From Candidatus Cloacimonadales bacterium (lineage in GTDB: Bacteria; Cloacimonadota; Cloacimonadia; Cloacimonadales; JAFGVF01): 64,000 nt of DNA. The position numbers and the translations under genes were made by a program. This document shows, one piece after another, positions 1 through 8,304 of this stretch. Numbering within the stretch: position 1 is the stretch's first letter; each line of letters starts with the position of its first letter. Where the stretch lies: contig OY759729.1 in NCBI GenBank assembly GCA_963662585.1, positions 3,136,001-3,200,000 on the forward strand, given 5' to 3'. The notes beneath the pieces were generated by a model. It did no database searches. It worked only from the letters and a program-made list of their open reading frames with translations, and was not told the DNA's origin.

Positions 1-2
1 CA

Positions 3-611
3 GGCTACTCATCAAATGATTTCTCTCCTAAAGCTTTAATGAAAGCAGAAGAAAAGTTAATTAGTTGGGATAGAAACATTTCTCAATATCATTCAGATGC
101 TTATAAAAATGATGTTCCACAAGGAGAAGTTTGGATAGCTCAAGCTTACAATGGTGATGCTTTACAAGTAATTAGAGAATTTCCTAAGCTTAAATTTGCT
201 CTTATGAAAGAAGGTGCAACTTATTGGATAGATTCTTTTGTTATGTTAAAAAATGCTGAGAATAAAGAAATGGCTTATGAATTTATGAATTTCTTAATGG
301 AACCAGAAGTTGCTGCTCGTAACGCAGAATGGGTTGAATATGCAACTCCGAATCTTACTGCTTATAATGACTTCATTGATGATGAAAGCAAGAGTAATGA
401 GTTGATTTATATTCCTGAAGAGTACCTAGTTGAATGCTATCCAATAAAATATCTCGGTGCAGATGTTATTAATATTTCATCTCTTTATGAGAAAATTTGC
501 CTTAATTCAGAGAATAGAAGAAGTGAAAAATCAGGAATGAATAAAGTAGTTTATCTTTTAATTTTAGTAGCTATCTTTATTCCTATCATTATTAGAAAAA
601 AGAGAAAATGA
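3..611 (+). CDS. potD: Spermidine/putrescine ABC transporter substrate-binding protein (5'-truncated by window edge)
   Basis: Frame is open from base 3 (GYSSND...). PotD-like motifs GEVWIAQAYNGDA, EGATYWIDSF and AYEFMNFLMEP; directly upstream of potABC; ends in a hydrophobic helix followed by RKKRK. Confidence 0.85.
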   Translation, partial: GYSSNDFSPKALMKAEEKLISWDRNISQYHSDAYKNDVPQGEVWIAQAYNGDALQVIREFPKLKFALMKEGATYWIDSFVMLKNAENKEMAYEFMNFLMEPEVAARNAEWVEYATPNLTAYNDFIDDESKSNELIYIPEEYLVECYPIKYLGADVINISSLYEKICLNSENRRSEKSGMNKVVYLLILVAIFIPIIIRKKRK

Positions 612-621
612 GGATTGATTA

Positions 622-1776
622 TTGGAAGATTTGAGATTAGTAAATGTTACCAAGAAGTTTGATAACTTTATAGCTGTAGATTCAATAAATTTAGAGATTA
701 AACAGGGAGAGTTTTTCTCTTTCTTAGGTCCAAGTGGATGCGGGAAAACAACTTTATTAAGGATGATTGCTGGTTTTGAAACACCAACAGAAGGTAAGAT
801 ATTTATTGGTGATACTGATATTTCTAAATTACCTCCTTATAAAAGACCTGTGAATACTATTTTTCAGAATTATTCTCTCTTTCCCCACATGGATATTTAT
901 AATAATATTGCATTTGGATTGAAAGTTAAAAAGGTGCATAAATCAGAAATAGAAGACCGTGTTCAGCAGATGCTTAAGTTGGTCAAAATGGGAGATCATG
1001 TAAATAAATTTCCTCAACAACTTAGTGGTGGACAGAGGCAAAGAATCGCTATTGCTCGTGCTCTTATCAACGAGCCGAAAGTTCTGCTCTTAGATGAACC
1101 ACTTGCAGCTTTAGATCTTAAACTAAGACAGCACATGCTTATAGAATTAATGAATATTCACGATGCAGTTGGAATCACCTTCCTCTATGTTACTCATGAT
1201 CAAAGTGAAGCTCTGAATATTGCTGATCGATTAGCTATTATGAATAAGGGAAGTTTTGCCCAAGTCGGCTTGCCCGATGATGTTTATGAAAGACCTGAAA
1301 CAATATTCGCTGCCTATTTCGTTGGAGATACAAATCTCATTGAGGGCAGAGTTATCAAGGTAGAAGAAGATTATGCTACTATTATTAGTCAGACCGATTC
1401 TGAGCATGAGATAGAAATAGATACTACTTATCATAGACAACCCAACTTAGATGATGTAGTTACTCTTTCTTTAAGACCTGAAAAGATTGCTATATCTCGC
1501 AAACCTCCTAAGAAAAAGGATGATTTTAACATTGTAGAAGGCGTGATAGAAGATATTCTTTATGGCGGAACTCATACTCAATATATTGTTAGGGTAGGCT
1601 CTCACTTCTTCCGTGTTTTTCAACAACATAAGAAAGTATATATCGATGAACTGTCTTTAGACTGGGAAGAACCTGTTTACCTTTATTGGCATGATACTGA
1701 TACTCATATTATTTTTGAAACTGATAAGAATAGAGTTAATTCTGAAAATATTATGAAAACGGTTAGAAGAAAATAG
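622..1776 (+). CDS. potA: Spermidine/putrescine ABC transporter ATP-binding protein
   Basis: Walker A GPSGCGKT, LSGGQRQR signature, LLLDEPL, RPVNTIFQNYSLFPH; TOBE-like C-terminus; TTG start after GAGGA. Confidence 0.93.
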   Translation: MEDLRLVNVTKKFDNFIAVDSINLEIKQGEFFSFLGPSGCGKTTLLRMIAGFETPTEGKIFIGDTDISKLPPYKRPVNTIFQNYSLFPHMDIYNNIAFGLKVKKVHKSEIEDRVQQMLKLVKMGDHVNKFPQQLSGGQRQRIAIARALINEPKVLLLDEPLAALDLKLRQHMLIELMNIHDAVGITFLYVTHDQSEALNIADRLAIMNKGSFAQVGLPDDVYERPETIFAAYFVGDTNLIEGRVIKVEEDYATIISQTDSEHEIEIDTTYHRQPNLDDVVTLSLRPEKIAISRKPPKKKDDFNIVEGVIEDILYGGTHTQYIVRVGSHFFRVFQQHKKVYIDELSLDWEEPVYLYWHDTDTHIIFETDKNRVNSENIMKTVRRK

Positions 1777-2661
1777 ATGGAAAGATTTACTGACAACGAA
1801 GTGGCGAAGATTGAAAAAGAGAATAGGAGTTCTTGGTTCTTGACTACTCCCTTTCTTATTTGGATAACTTTCTTCTTTCTGATTCCTTATTTAATCGTTA
1901 TTTTCTATAGTGTTCTAACACCTGGAGTCTATGACATAAAGTTTGTCTTTTCTTTAGAATCATGGTCTAGTGCTTTCTCTGCTACCTATCTTGATTCTAT
2001 TACTCACTCCTTAGTAATGTCACTCCTAACAACGATTATCACGATTCTGATAGGATTTCCTGTTGCTTATGTTATTGCTAACGCTTCAAAAAAGAGACAG
2101 AATTTATATCTGATTTTAATAATAATTCCTTTTTGGACTAATTTTATTATTAGGATCTTCTCTTGGAAAATATTTCTCTCCTCGCAGGGATTACTTAATA
2201 ACCTGTTAATCTATTTTGGACTTATTGATGAACCACTGACTCTTCTTAGGACCAACGGAGCTGTCCTATTAGTAATGGTTTATGTCTATTTGCCTTATAT
2301 GATACTACCTATTTACTCTGTTTTAGAGAAGTTCAATTACAGTCTATTAGAAGCTTCAATGGACCTCGGAGCCAATGAGATAAAGTCATTCTTTAAAGTA
2401 ACGCTTCCCCTCTCACTGGAAGGGATTTTTGCTGGTTCAATATTGGTCTTTATTCCTGCTTTAGGTACTTATATTATCCCACAGTTAGTCGGACATCAAA
2501 GCTCTGCTTTTGTTGGGCAACTAATTACTTTTAAGGTGAAATCTATTCCAAGGAACTGGCCATTAGCTTCAGCTTTATCCTTTATTTTATTAATCTTAGT
2601 CGCTGTCTTACTCCTAACAGGATATAACTATTATAAAAATATCTCAAGGAGTAAATCATGA
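1777..2661 (+). CDS. potB: Spermidine/putrescine ABC transporter permease
   Basis: IIPFWTN, YVYLPYMILP and the EAA loop LLEASMDLGA; multiple TM helices. Confidence 0.9.
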   Translation: MERFTDNEVAKIEKENRSSWFLTTPFLIWITFFFLIPYLIVIFYSVLTPGVYDIKFVFSLESWSSAFSATYLDSITHSLVMSLLTTIITILIGFPVAYVIANASKKRQNLYLILIIIPFWTNFIIRIFSWKIFLSSQGLLNNLLIYFGLIDEPLTLLRTNGAVLLVMVYVYLPYMILPIYSVLEKFNYSLLEASMDLGANEIKSFFKVTLPLSLEGIFAGSILVFIPALGTYIIPQLVGHQSSAFVGQLITFKVKSIPRNWPLASALSFILLILVAVLLLTGYNYYKNISRSKS

Positions 2662-3452
2662 CCTATCGTTCTAAGCTTAAACAGTTCTTCGATGGCTTCA
2701 ATGTAGTGATTTTTACTCTCATTTTGCTATTTCTCTACATACCAATTTTGATCCTAATTATTTATAGTTTTAATGATACAAAGATCATTGCCGGTTGGAA
2801 GGGTTTTACTTTCAAGTATTATCAGCTCTTATGGGAAAATGAAAATCTTAAAAATGCTTTTTGGAATTCTTTGACGGTTGCTACTGTTTCAACTATTATC
2901 TCTACAGCCTTGGGCTTGCTTACCGCATTAGGATTAGAGAATAAATACTTTAAAGCCAAAAAGCTTATTCAAGGGATTATCTTTTTACCTTTGGTAATGC
3001 CTGATATTCTAATGGGTGTTTCTATAGCTATGCTTTTTAGTTTCTTACGCTTTCCTATGGGGAAGATGACTGTGATTATAGCACACATAACTTTTTGTGT
3101 CTCATATACTATAATCGTAATTCAATCTCGACTTCAGGGTTTTGATCATTCACTTCAAGAGGCTGCCATGGATTTAGGAGCTAATAAATCTCAATTCTTC
3201 TGGAAGGTTAAATTTCCAATTATTTTACCAGGTATTCTGGCTGCTGCCCTCTTAGCTTTTACACTTTCTTTGGATGATTTTATCATAACTTTCTTCTCTA
3301 CAGGAAGAGGATTTAATACCTTACCTGTTTATGTCGAAAGTGCTATTAGAAGAGGTTCTGTTACTACCATTAATGCCTTATCTACAATTATGATTATGAT
3401 AACTTTATTCATAACATTTATCTCAAAACCTATTAGGAAAATGCTCATTTAA
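2658..3452 (+). CDS. potC: Spermidine/putrescine ABC transporter permease
   Basis: FLYIPI..YSFN, EAAMDLGA, FTLSLDDF and NTLP motifs; ATGA overlap with potB. Confidence 0.9.
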   Translation: MTYRSKLKQFFDGFNVVIFTLILLFLYIPILILIIYSFNDTKIIAGWKGFTFKYYQLLWENENLKNAFWNSLTVATVSTIISTALGLLTALGLENKYFKAKKLIQGIIFLPLVMPDILMGVSIAMLFSFLRFPMGKMTVIIAHITFCVSYTIIVIQSRLQGFDHSLQEAAMDLGANKSQFFWKVKFPIILPGILAAALLAFTLSLDDFIITFFSTGRGFNTLPVYVESAIRRGSVTTINALSTIMIMITLFITFISKPIRKMLI

Positions 3453-3504
3453 TTAATGAAAATTAGGGGGATATTCTACCCTCATTAGCTGGTATATCTC
3501 TTGA

Positions 3505-3577
3505 CCTCCTTTCCTTCATCTCACTCAATCCGATGTATCTTTGAAGTATCTTTGATATGTCAGTGAAGGAGCAGAGG
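3505..3577. repeat. Imperfect long hairpin element (family also at 27598-27661 and 44172-44234)
   Basis: Arms cctcctttccttcatctcact / cagtgaaggagcagagg; resembles the other two copies. Confidence 0.45.
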
Positions 3578-3623
3578 ACGATAGTAAAGAGTGGAATAAA
3601 AATAGACAAATAGAGAAAAAATA

Positions 3624-3651
3624 TAAGGGCAATCTCGCTAGATTGCCCTTA
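3624..3651 (-). terminator. Intrinsic terminator of the DUF4476 gene (possibly bidirectional)
   Basis: Perfect 12-bp stem taagggcaatct/agattgccctta with a 4-nt loop; T-rich tract follows on the minus strand. Confidence 0.75.
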
Positions 3652-3678
3652 GAAGTTATTATCAGATAAAATTGCTAA

Positions 3679-4398
3679 CTAGTCAGCATTAATAATTCTT
3701 TCAGCTTCTGATTTATCATCTGAATAAGTAAAAGCATCCAAAATTTCATAATTATTTTGAGGATCAATGCATCCTGGATAACTAATAGATAGAGCGTTAA
3801 TTTTATCATCAGCAAAAGAGAAACAATCAAGTATTCTTACTATTTGACTAACTTTAAAGTTATGATTTTTGGCAGCAGTTCTAACTACTCTAGCTTGATC
3901 ATCGCTAAAGCTCTCATCTTGAATTCTTCTTATAAGATTAGAAAAATCACTTTCAGACATACTTTTTTTACCATTTGATGGTGCAACAGGTTCTGCTTCT
4001 TCAGTTTGGCTTGTCTGAGTATCTAAACCATTGATATTAATATTAACAGTACTTGAAGTTGATTCAGTTTGTTGATTATTATTAGTTACTGGTTCAGTTA
4101 AAGTTGAGTTTTCAGGTAATAGTGCTAAGAGAGAATATATCTCATCTATAATTGTATTTGCTCTTTTTCCATCAAGCTTATTGAGTTTAGCATTATATTT
4201 TTCTTGAAGTGCTTCTAATTTAGTTACTATTTTGTCAATGACATCTCCGGAGTTACTTACTGTAGTTGTGCTAGTGGAATTATCATCACCTGTAACTGTC
4301 ATGGAAAAACCATCTTCATTAGCGCTAAAGTTAAATCCTTGAGCAAATAAACCAACTAGGCTAAAAGCTAATACTAATACGATTGTAAATTTCTTCAT
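3679..4398 (-). CDS. Secreted DUF4476 domain-containing protein
   Basis: Signal peptide, S/T-rich linkers, C-terminal MSESDF...FSDDQ...SQIVRILDCFSFADDK pattern typical of DUF4476. Confidence 0.75.
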   Translation of the reverse strand: MKKFTIVLVLAFSLVGLFAQGFNFSANEDGFSMTVTGDDNSTSTTTVSNSGDVIDKIVTKLEALQEKYNAKLNKLDGKRANTIIDEIYSLLALLPENSTLTEPVTNNNQQTESTSSTVNININGLDTQTSQTEEAEPVAPSNGKKSMSESDFSNLIRRIQDESFSDDQARVVRTAAKNHNFKVSQIVRILDCFSFADDKINALSISYPGCIDPQNNYEILDAFTYSDDKSEAERIINAD

Positions 4399-4529
4399 TT
4401 TTTATCTCTCCATAAATTTTTTAACATACTTAATGTTTAGATGTAAAAATGGAAATATAATTGACTTTAGTCAAGAATTATTTATATTATCTAATAATAT
4501 TTTTAGATGAAAGTAATTAAGGGAGTAAT

Positions 4530-4988
4530 ATGGATAATAATAATAAGTTAATAGCAGAATATATTGAGTCTCTTCCTGAAGATAGAAGAATAGCCATAAA
4601 CAAGCTTAGAGATGTTATAAAAACAAATACTCCAAGAGGTTTCCAAGAATCAATGAGTTATGGTTCTATCAGTTTTGTTGTTCCTCATAGCCTTTATCCT
4701 CAAGGTTATCATGTAGATCCTTCCCAAGCTTTACCCTTCATTAGTTTAGCTAGCAGGAAAAACTATATTACTTTTAGTCATTGGGGACTCTACATAAATA
4801 GTAAAATTCTTGAATGGTTTAAAGAGGAGTATGCTAAAGAAGCAAAGTATAAGCTGAGTATGGGGAAATCTTGTGTTAATCTGAAAAGAATGGATGATAT
4901 TCCTTATGATTTGATAGGGCAATTGTGTAGGAAGATTATTGTAGAAGACTTTATACAAATGTATGAAGAGGCCTTTGTGAAGAGGTAA
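4530..4988 (+). CDS. DUF1801 (YdhG-like) domain protein
   Basis: EYIESLPEDRR..LRDVI, YPQGYH...LPFISLASRKNY, MGKSCV..MDDIPYDLI. Confidence 0.85.
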   Translation: MDNNNKLIAEYIESLPEDRRIAINKLRDVIKTNTPRGFQESMSYGSISFVVPHSLYPQGYHVDPSQALPFISLASRKNYITFSHWGLYINSKILEWFKEEYAKEAKYKLSMGKSCVNLKRMDDIPYDLIGQLCRKIIVEDFIQMYEEAFVKR

Positions 4989-5127
4989 AATAACTGGAAT
5001 AGGAGTGAGGTAACTTTAACTTGGAGGCTTCTACTAAAAACAATTGGAATATTTGCTTTGGAGTAAAATAAATGGAGGAATTTAATAGACAATAAATTAT
5101 TATGATGTCAACTCATCGTGAGAGCCC

Positions 5128-5203
5128 ACTCTTAAATCCCCAAAGGGGATAAATAATTTAGCCCAGGGTAAAAGCCTGAAAGGCTTGCAACCCTGGGTAA
5201 GAT
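5128..5203 (+). repeat. Left 76-bp inverted repeat (REP-like nested hairpins)
   Basis: Reverse complement of 5805-5880 with one mismatch; contains atccccaaaggggat and cccagggt-aagcctgaaaggctt-accctggg hairpins. Confidence 0.92.
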
Positions 5204-5242
5204 TGCATAACAGAAAACCTTACCCTGAAAGGGTTAAATAAA

Positions 5243-5698
5243 TTAATCCCATATATATCGTTCATCAATTTCCATGTTGTTTTTTGTCATGAACATTCTG
5301 AGTTCTTCTTGGAATGAGATTTTTTTATGATGCTCGTTTTGCTTGTTAATATAATTGATTGTTACTTGTTTTTGTGCTTGACCAACGGAAAATCCACCAT
5401 AACCTGCTTGCCAATAAAAGTTAGTATATTCATCGCCTTTTGTTTTGATCCCCTTAGATGTAGCTCTTTTAATCTCTCCTATTATGTCCTTAAAACAAAT
5501 ATTCTTTGATAAATTAAAAAAAATATGGATATGATCTTCATACCCACCAATACAAATTGGATATGAATCGTTTTCGTAGATTATTTTGGCAATATATGAA
5601 TATAATTGTTCACGAATATCAGAAATTTTAAAAAAAGGTACTCTATTCTTGGTAGAAAATACAAGATGCATATAAATTTGAGAAACAGACTGTGACAT
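5243..5698 (-). CDS. tnpA: IS200/IS605-family (Y1, HUH) transposase / REP-associated tyrosine transposase
   Basis: MSQS..YMHLVFSTKNR, HUH motif DHIH, KRATSK, FYWQAGYGGFSV, catalytic Tyr in NYINKQ. ATG at 5698 after AAGGTGG is preferred over the ORF-track GTG at 5710. Confidence 0.92.
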   Translation of the reverse strand: MSQSVSQIYMHLVFSTKNRVPFFKISDIREQLYSYIAKIIYENDSYPICIGGYEDHIHIFFNLSKNICFKDIIGEIKRATSKGIKTKGDEYTNFYWQAGYGGFSVGQAQKQVTINYINKQNEHHKKISFQEELRMFMTKNNMEIDERYIWD

Positions 5699-5804
5699 AA
5701 ATAGCACCACCTTATATTAATTAAGCAATATTTATTTAATATTCATTATTTGTCAAATAATTATATTTATGTATCCCTTACAGGGATTTTCTCAGATGGA
5801 AACC

Positions 5805-5880
5805 ATCTTACCCAGGGTTGCAAGCCTTTCAGGCTTTTACCCTGGGCTAAACTATTTATCCCCTTTGGGGATTTAAGAGT
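5805..5880 (-). repeat. Right 76-bp inverted repeat (REP-like nested hairpins)
   Basis: Reverse complement of 5128-5203 with one mismatch. Confidence 0.92.
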
Positions 5881-6193
5881 AGAGTTCACTATGAGTTTAA
5901 TGAGCTGAAAGGGGAATTAAGGGTCACATACCAAGGCAGGAAGAAATTGAGAATTAATTCAAAAAGTCTGTGAAACACTGTGGATTCCTCTTTGTAGCTC
6001 TGTGTTAAGGATTTACTACTTACAGGATTTTGCTCAGGCCAAAGTAACTAACCCTTTTTGGGAAAAAAAGAAGGTATCCCTTTCAGGGAAAGAAAAAAGT
6101 TATATCTTTTTGAGGTAAATAAATACTAGCGAATTTTCTTGCCATAAATGTCTATAATAATTCTATGGCACTAAAATAATATTATAGAGGTGA

Positions 6194-7393
6194 ATGATGA
6201 ATATTTCACATCGTGTCGAAAGTATGCAAGCTTCTCCAATCAGGAAGTTTTTGCCTTATTCTGATGCTGCAGTAGCTAGAGGAATAAAAATTTATCATTT
6301 GAATATCGGACAACCTGATATCGAGACTCCGAAAGAGATGATGGATGTTTATCACAATTTTAGTGATAAAATTTTAAGTTATGGACCTTCTCAAGGTTTA
6401 GCTTCTTATCGTAAGGCCTTAGTTACCTATTATCATAATAATGGAATTAAAGTTACTGAAAACGACATTATCGTAACTACAGCAGGTTCAGAAGCAATCA
6501 TATTTGCTATGCTTGCTACTTGCAATCCTGGTGATGAGATTTTAGTTCCTGAACCATTCTATACAAACTATAATGGCTTTGCTTCTATTGCTGGGGTTAA
6601 GTTAAATCCAATCACTACCTACGCTGAAACAGGTTTTGCTTTACCAAGTAAAGAAGAAATCGAAAAGCTAATTACTCCAAATACTAAAGCCTTTATGATT
6701 TGTAATCCAGGAAACCCAACTGGTAAAGTTTATTCTCGAGAAACTGTAGAAATGGTAGCAAATATCGCTAAAGAAAGAGGACTATATGTCATTTCTGATG
6801 AAGTATATCGCGAATTTGTTTATGATGGACTCTCTGCAACAAGTATTATGGAAATTCCTGGTATGGAAGAAAATGCTATCTTAGTAGATTCAATCTCTAA
6901 AAGATATAGTGCTTGTGGAGCAAGAATTGGTTGTATAATTTCTCAAAATAAGGAATTAATGACTGCTGTTCTAAAATTAGCTCAAGCTAGACTTTGTCCT
7001 CCTACTATTGATCAAAAAGCTGGTGAAGCATGTGTATTCTTAGATGAACATTATATTGATGATATTAAAGAAGAATACTGTAAAAGAAGAGATATTGTAT
7101 TTGATGAATTACAAACCATTGATGGGGTAGTTTGTGTTAAACCTGAAGGGGCTTTCTATATCGTTGCTAAACTTCCTATTGAAAATGCAGAAGAATTCAC
7201 CCAATGGATGTTGGAAGAATATAGCGTTAACAATGAAACTGTAATGTTTGCACCTGCAACTGGCTTCTATGCAACTCCTAACATGGGACTTAACGAAGTT
7301 AGATTCGCTTATATCTTAAATGAAAATGATCTCAGAAAAGCAATGTCAATCTTTAAAAGTGGTTTAGCTGAATATAAGAAACTTGCTAAATAG
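6194..7393 (+). CDS. PLP-dependent aminotransferase class I/II (aspartate aminotransferase-like)
   Basis: LNIGQPD, CNPGNPTG, SDEVY, DSISKRYSACGARIG (PLP lysine), PEGAFY. Confidence 0.92.
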   Translation: MMNISHRVESMQASPIRKFLPYSDAAVARGIKIYHLNIGQPDIETPKEMMDVYHNFSDKILSYGPSQGLASYRKALVTYYHNNGIKVTENDIIVTTAGSEAIIFAMLATCNPGDEILVPEPFYTNYNGFASIAGVKLNPITTYAETGFALPSKEEIEKLITPNTKAFMICNPGNPTGKVYSRETVEMVANIAKERGLYVISDEVYREFVYDGLSATSIMEIPGMEENAILVDSISKRYSACGARIGCIISQNKELMTAVLKLAQARLCPPTIDQKAGEACVFLDEHYIDDIKEEYCKRRDIVFDELQTIDGVVCVKPEGAFYIVAKLPIENAEEFTQWMLEEYSVNNETVMFAPATGFYATPNMGLNEVRFAYILNENDLRKAMSIFKSGLAEYKKLAK

Positions 7394-7424
7394 TAAATAA
7401 TGAGTATAATATAAATATAGAGTG

Positions 7425-7444
7425 GGGGACTTTTAGAAGTCCCC
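7425..7444 (+). terminator. Hairpin downstream of the aminotransferase (terminator-like)
   Basis: ggggactt-ttag-aagtcccc stem-loop. Confidence 0.55.
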
Positions 7445-7515
7445 TTATTCATATTATTCTTGACGAATCAATAAATGAAACTAGATATAAAATGAAATAA
7501 ATAATGGGAGGAAAG

Positions 7516-8304
7516 ATGAGTAACAATTTCAAGACCTTAAAAAGCTTTTCCAATTTGTTTGAAGCTGAATTAGTTAAAGAACTTCTAGAGGAAAATAACT
7601 TCACTGTAAACTTATTAAATGAATACACTGCCTCAAATTTACCAGGAGTCGCTGGAAATGACTTTATGATGATTGAACTTCAAGTGGTCGAAGAGGAATT
7701 TGATGAAGCTGAAGAGTTTATTGAAGATATTGGTGATTCCTATATTACCGATAGAATGCTAACTGAAACTGGTGCTAAATTAGACGGACACTTCTTATTA
7801 ACTTCTGGTAAACATAGTGATCAATATTTTGAAAAAATTAAAATTATCCAGAATCCTGAAAAGTGTGCTACTATTTGTAAAGCCTTAGCAGAAAGATTCG
7901 AAGATGTTGATGTTGATGTTGTTATCGGACCAGCTTATGGGGCAATAGTTCTTGGCTTTGAAGTTGCTAAAAATCTTAAAAAACAATTCGCTTTTACTCA
8001 ACGCAATGATGGAAAAATGTCTTTCCGTTCAGGATTCGATATTCAGCCAGGCATGAAAGCTCTCATAATTGAGGATGTAACAACTACTGGTGGAAGTATT
8101 TTTGAGGTAATGGAACTTCTTAAAGAAAAAGAAGTTGAGTGCGTAGGAGTAGGTTTATTAGTAGATAGATCAAACGGTTCAATTGATTTTGGTGTCCCTG
8201 TGGAAGCAATGCTTACTGTTGATGCCAAAAGTTGGGAAGCTGAAGAGTGCCCTTTATGCAATCAAAATATACCTTTAACCAAACCGGGTAGGAGTGATAA
8301 ATAG
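7516..8304 (+). CDS. pyrE: Orotate phosphoribosyltransferase with N-terminal DUF2007-like domain
   Basis: GHFLLTSGKHSDQY, PRPP motif LIIEDVTTTGGS, C-terminal CPLC..KPG; ~75-aa extra N-terminal domain. ATG 7516 follows GGAGG (ORF track starts at 7504). Confidence 0.9.
   Translation: MSNNFKTLKSFSNLFEAELVKELLEENNFTVNLLNEYTASNLPGVAGNDFMMIELQVVEEEFDEAEEFIEDIGDSYITDRMLTETGAKLDGHFLLTSGKHSDQYFEKIKIIQNPEKCATICKALAERFEDVDVDVVIGPAYGAIVLGFEVAKNLKKQFAFTQRNDGKMSFRSGFDIQPGMKALIIEDVTTTGGSIFEVMELLKEKEVECVGVGLLVDRSNGSIDFGVPVEAMLTVDAKSWEAEECPLCNQNIPLTKPGRSDK

Larger units (their letters stand above)
5128..5880. mobile_element. Y1-transposase (IS200/RAYT-like) element bounded by palindrome-rich inverted repeats
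   Basis: Transposase ORF enclosed by 76-bp inverted repeats at 5128-5203 and 5805-5880. Confidence 0.8.

Noticed and set aside
5243..6190. IS605-type tnpB / omega-RNA system
   Set aside because: No TnpB/IscB ORF lies next to the transposase.
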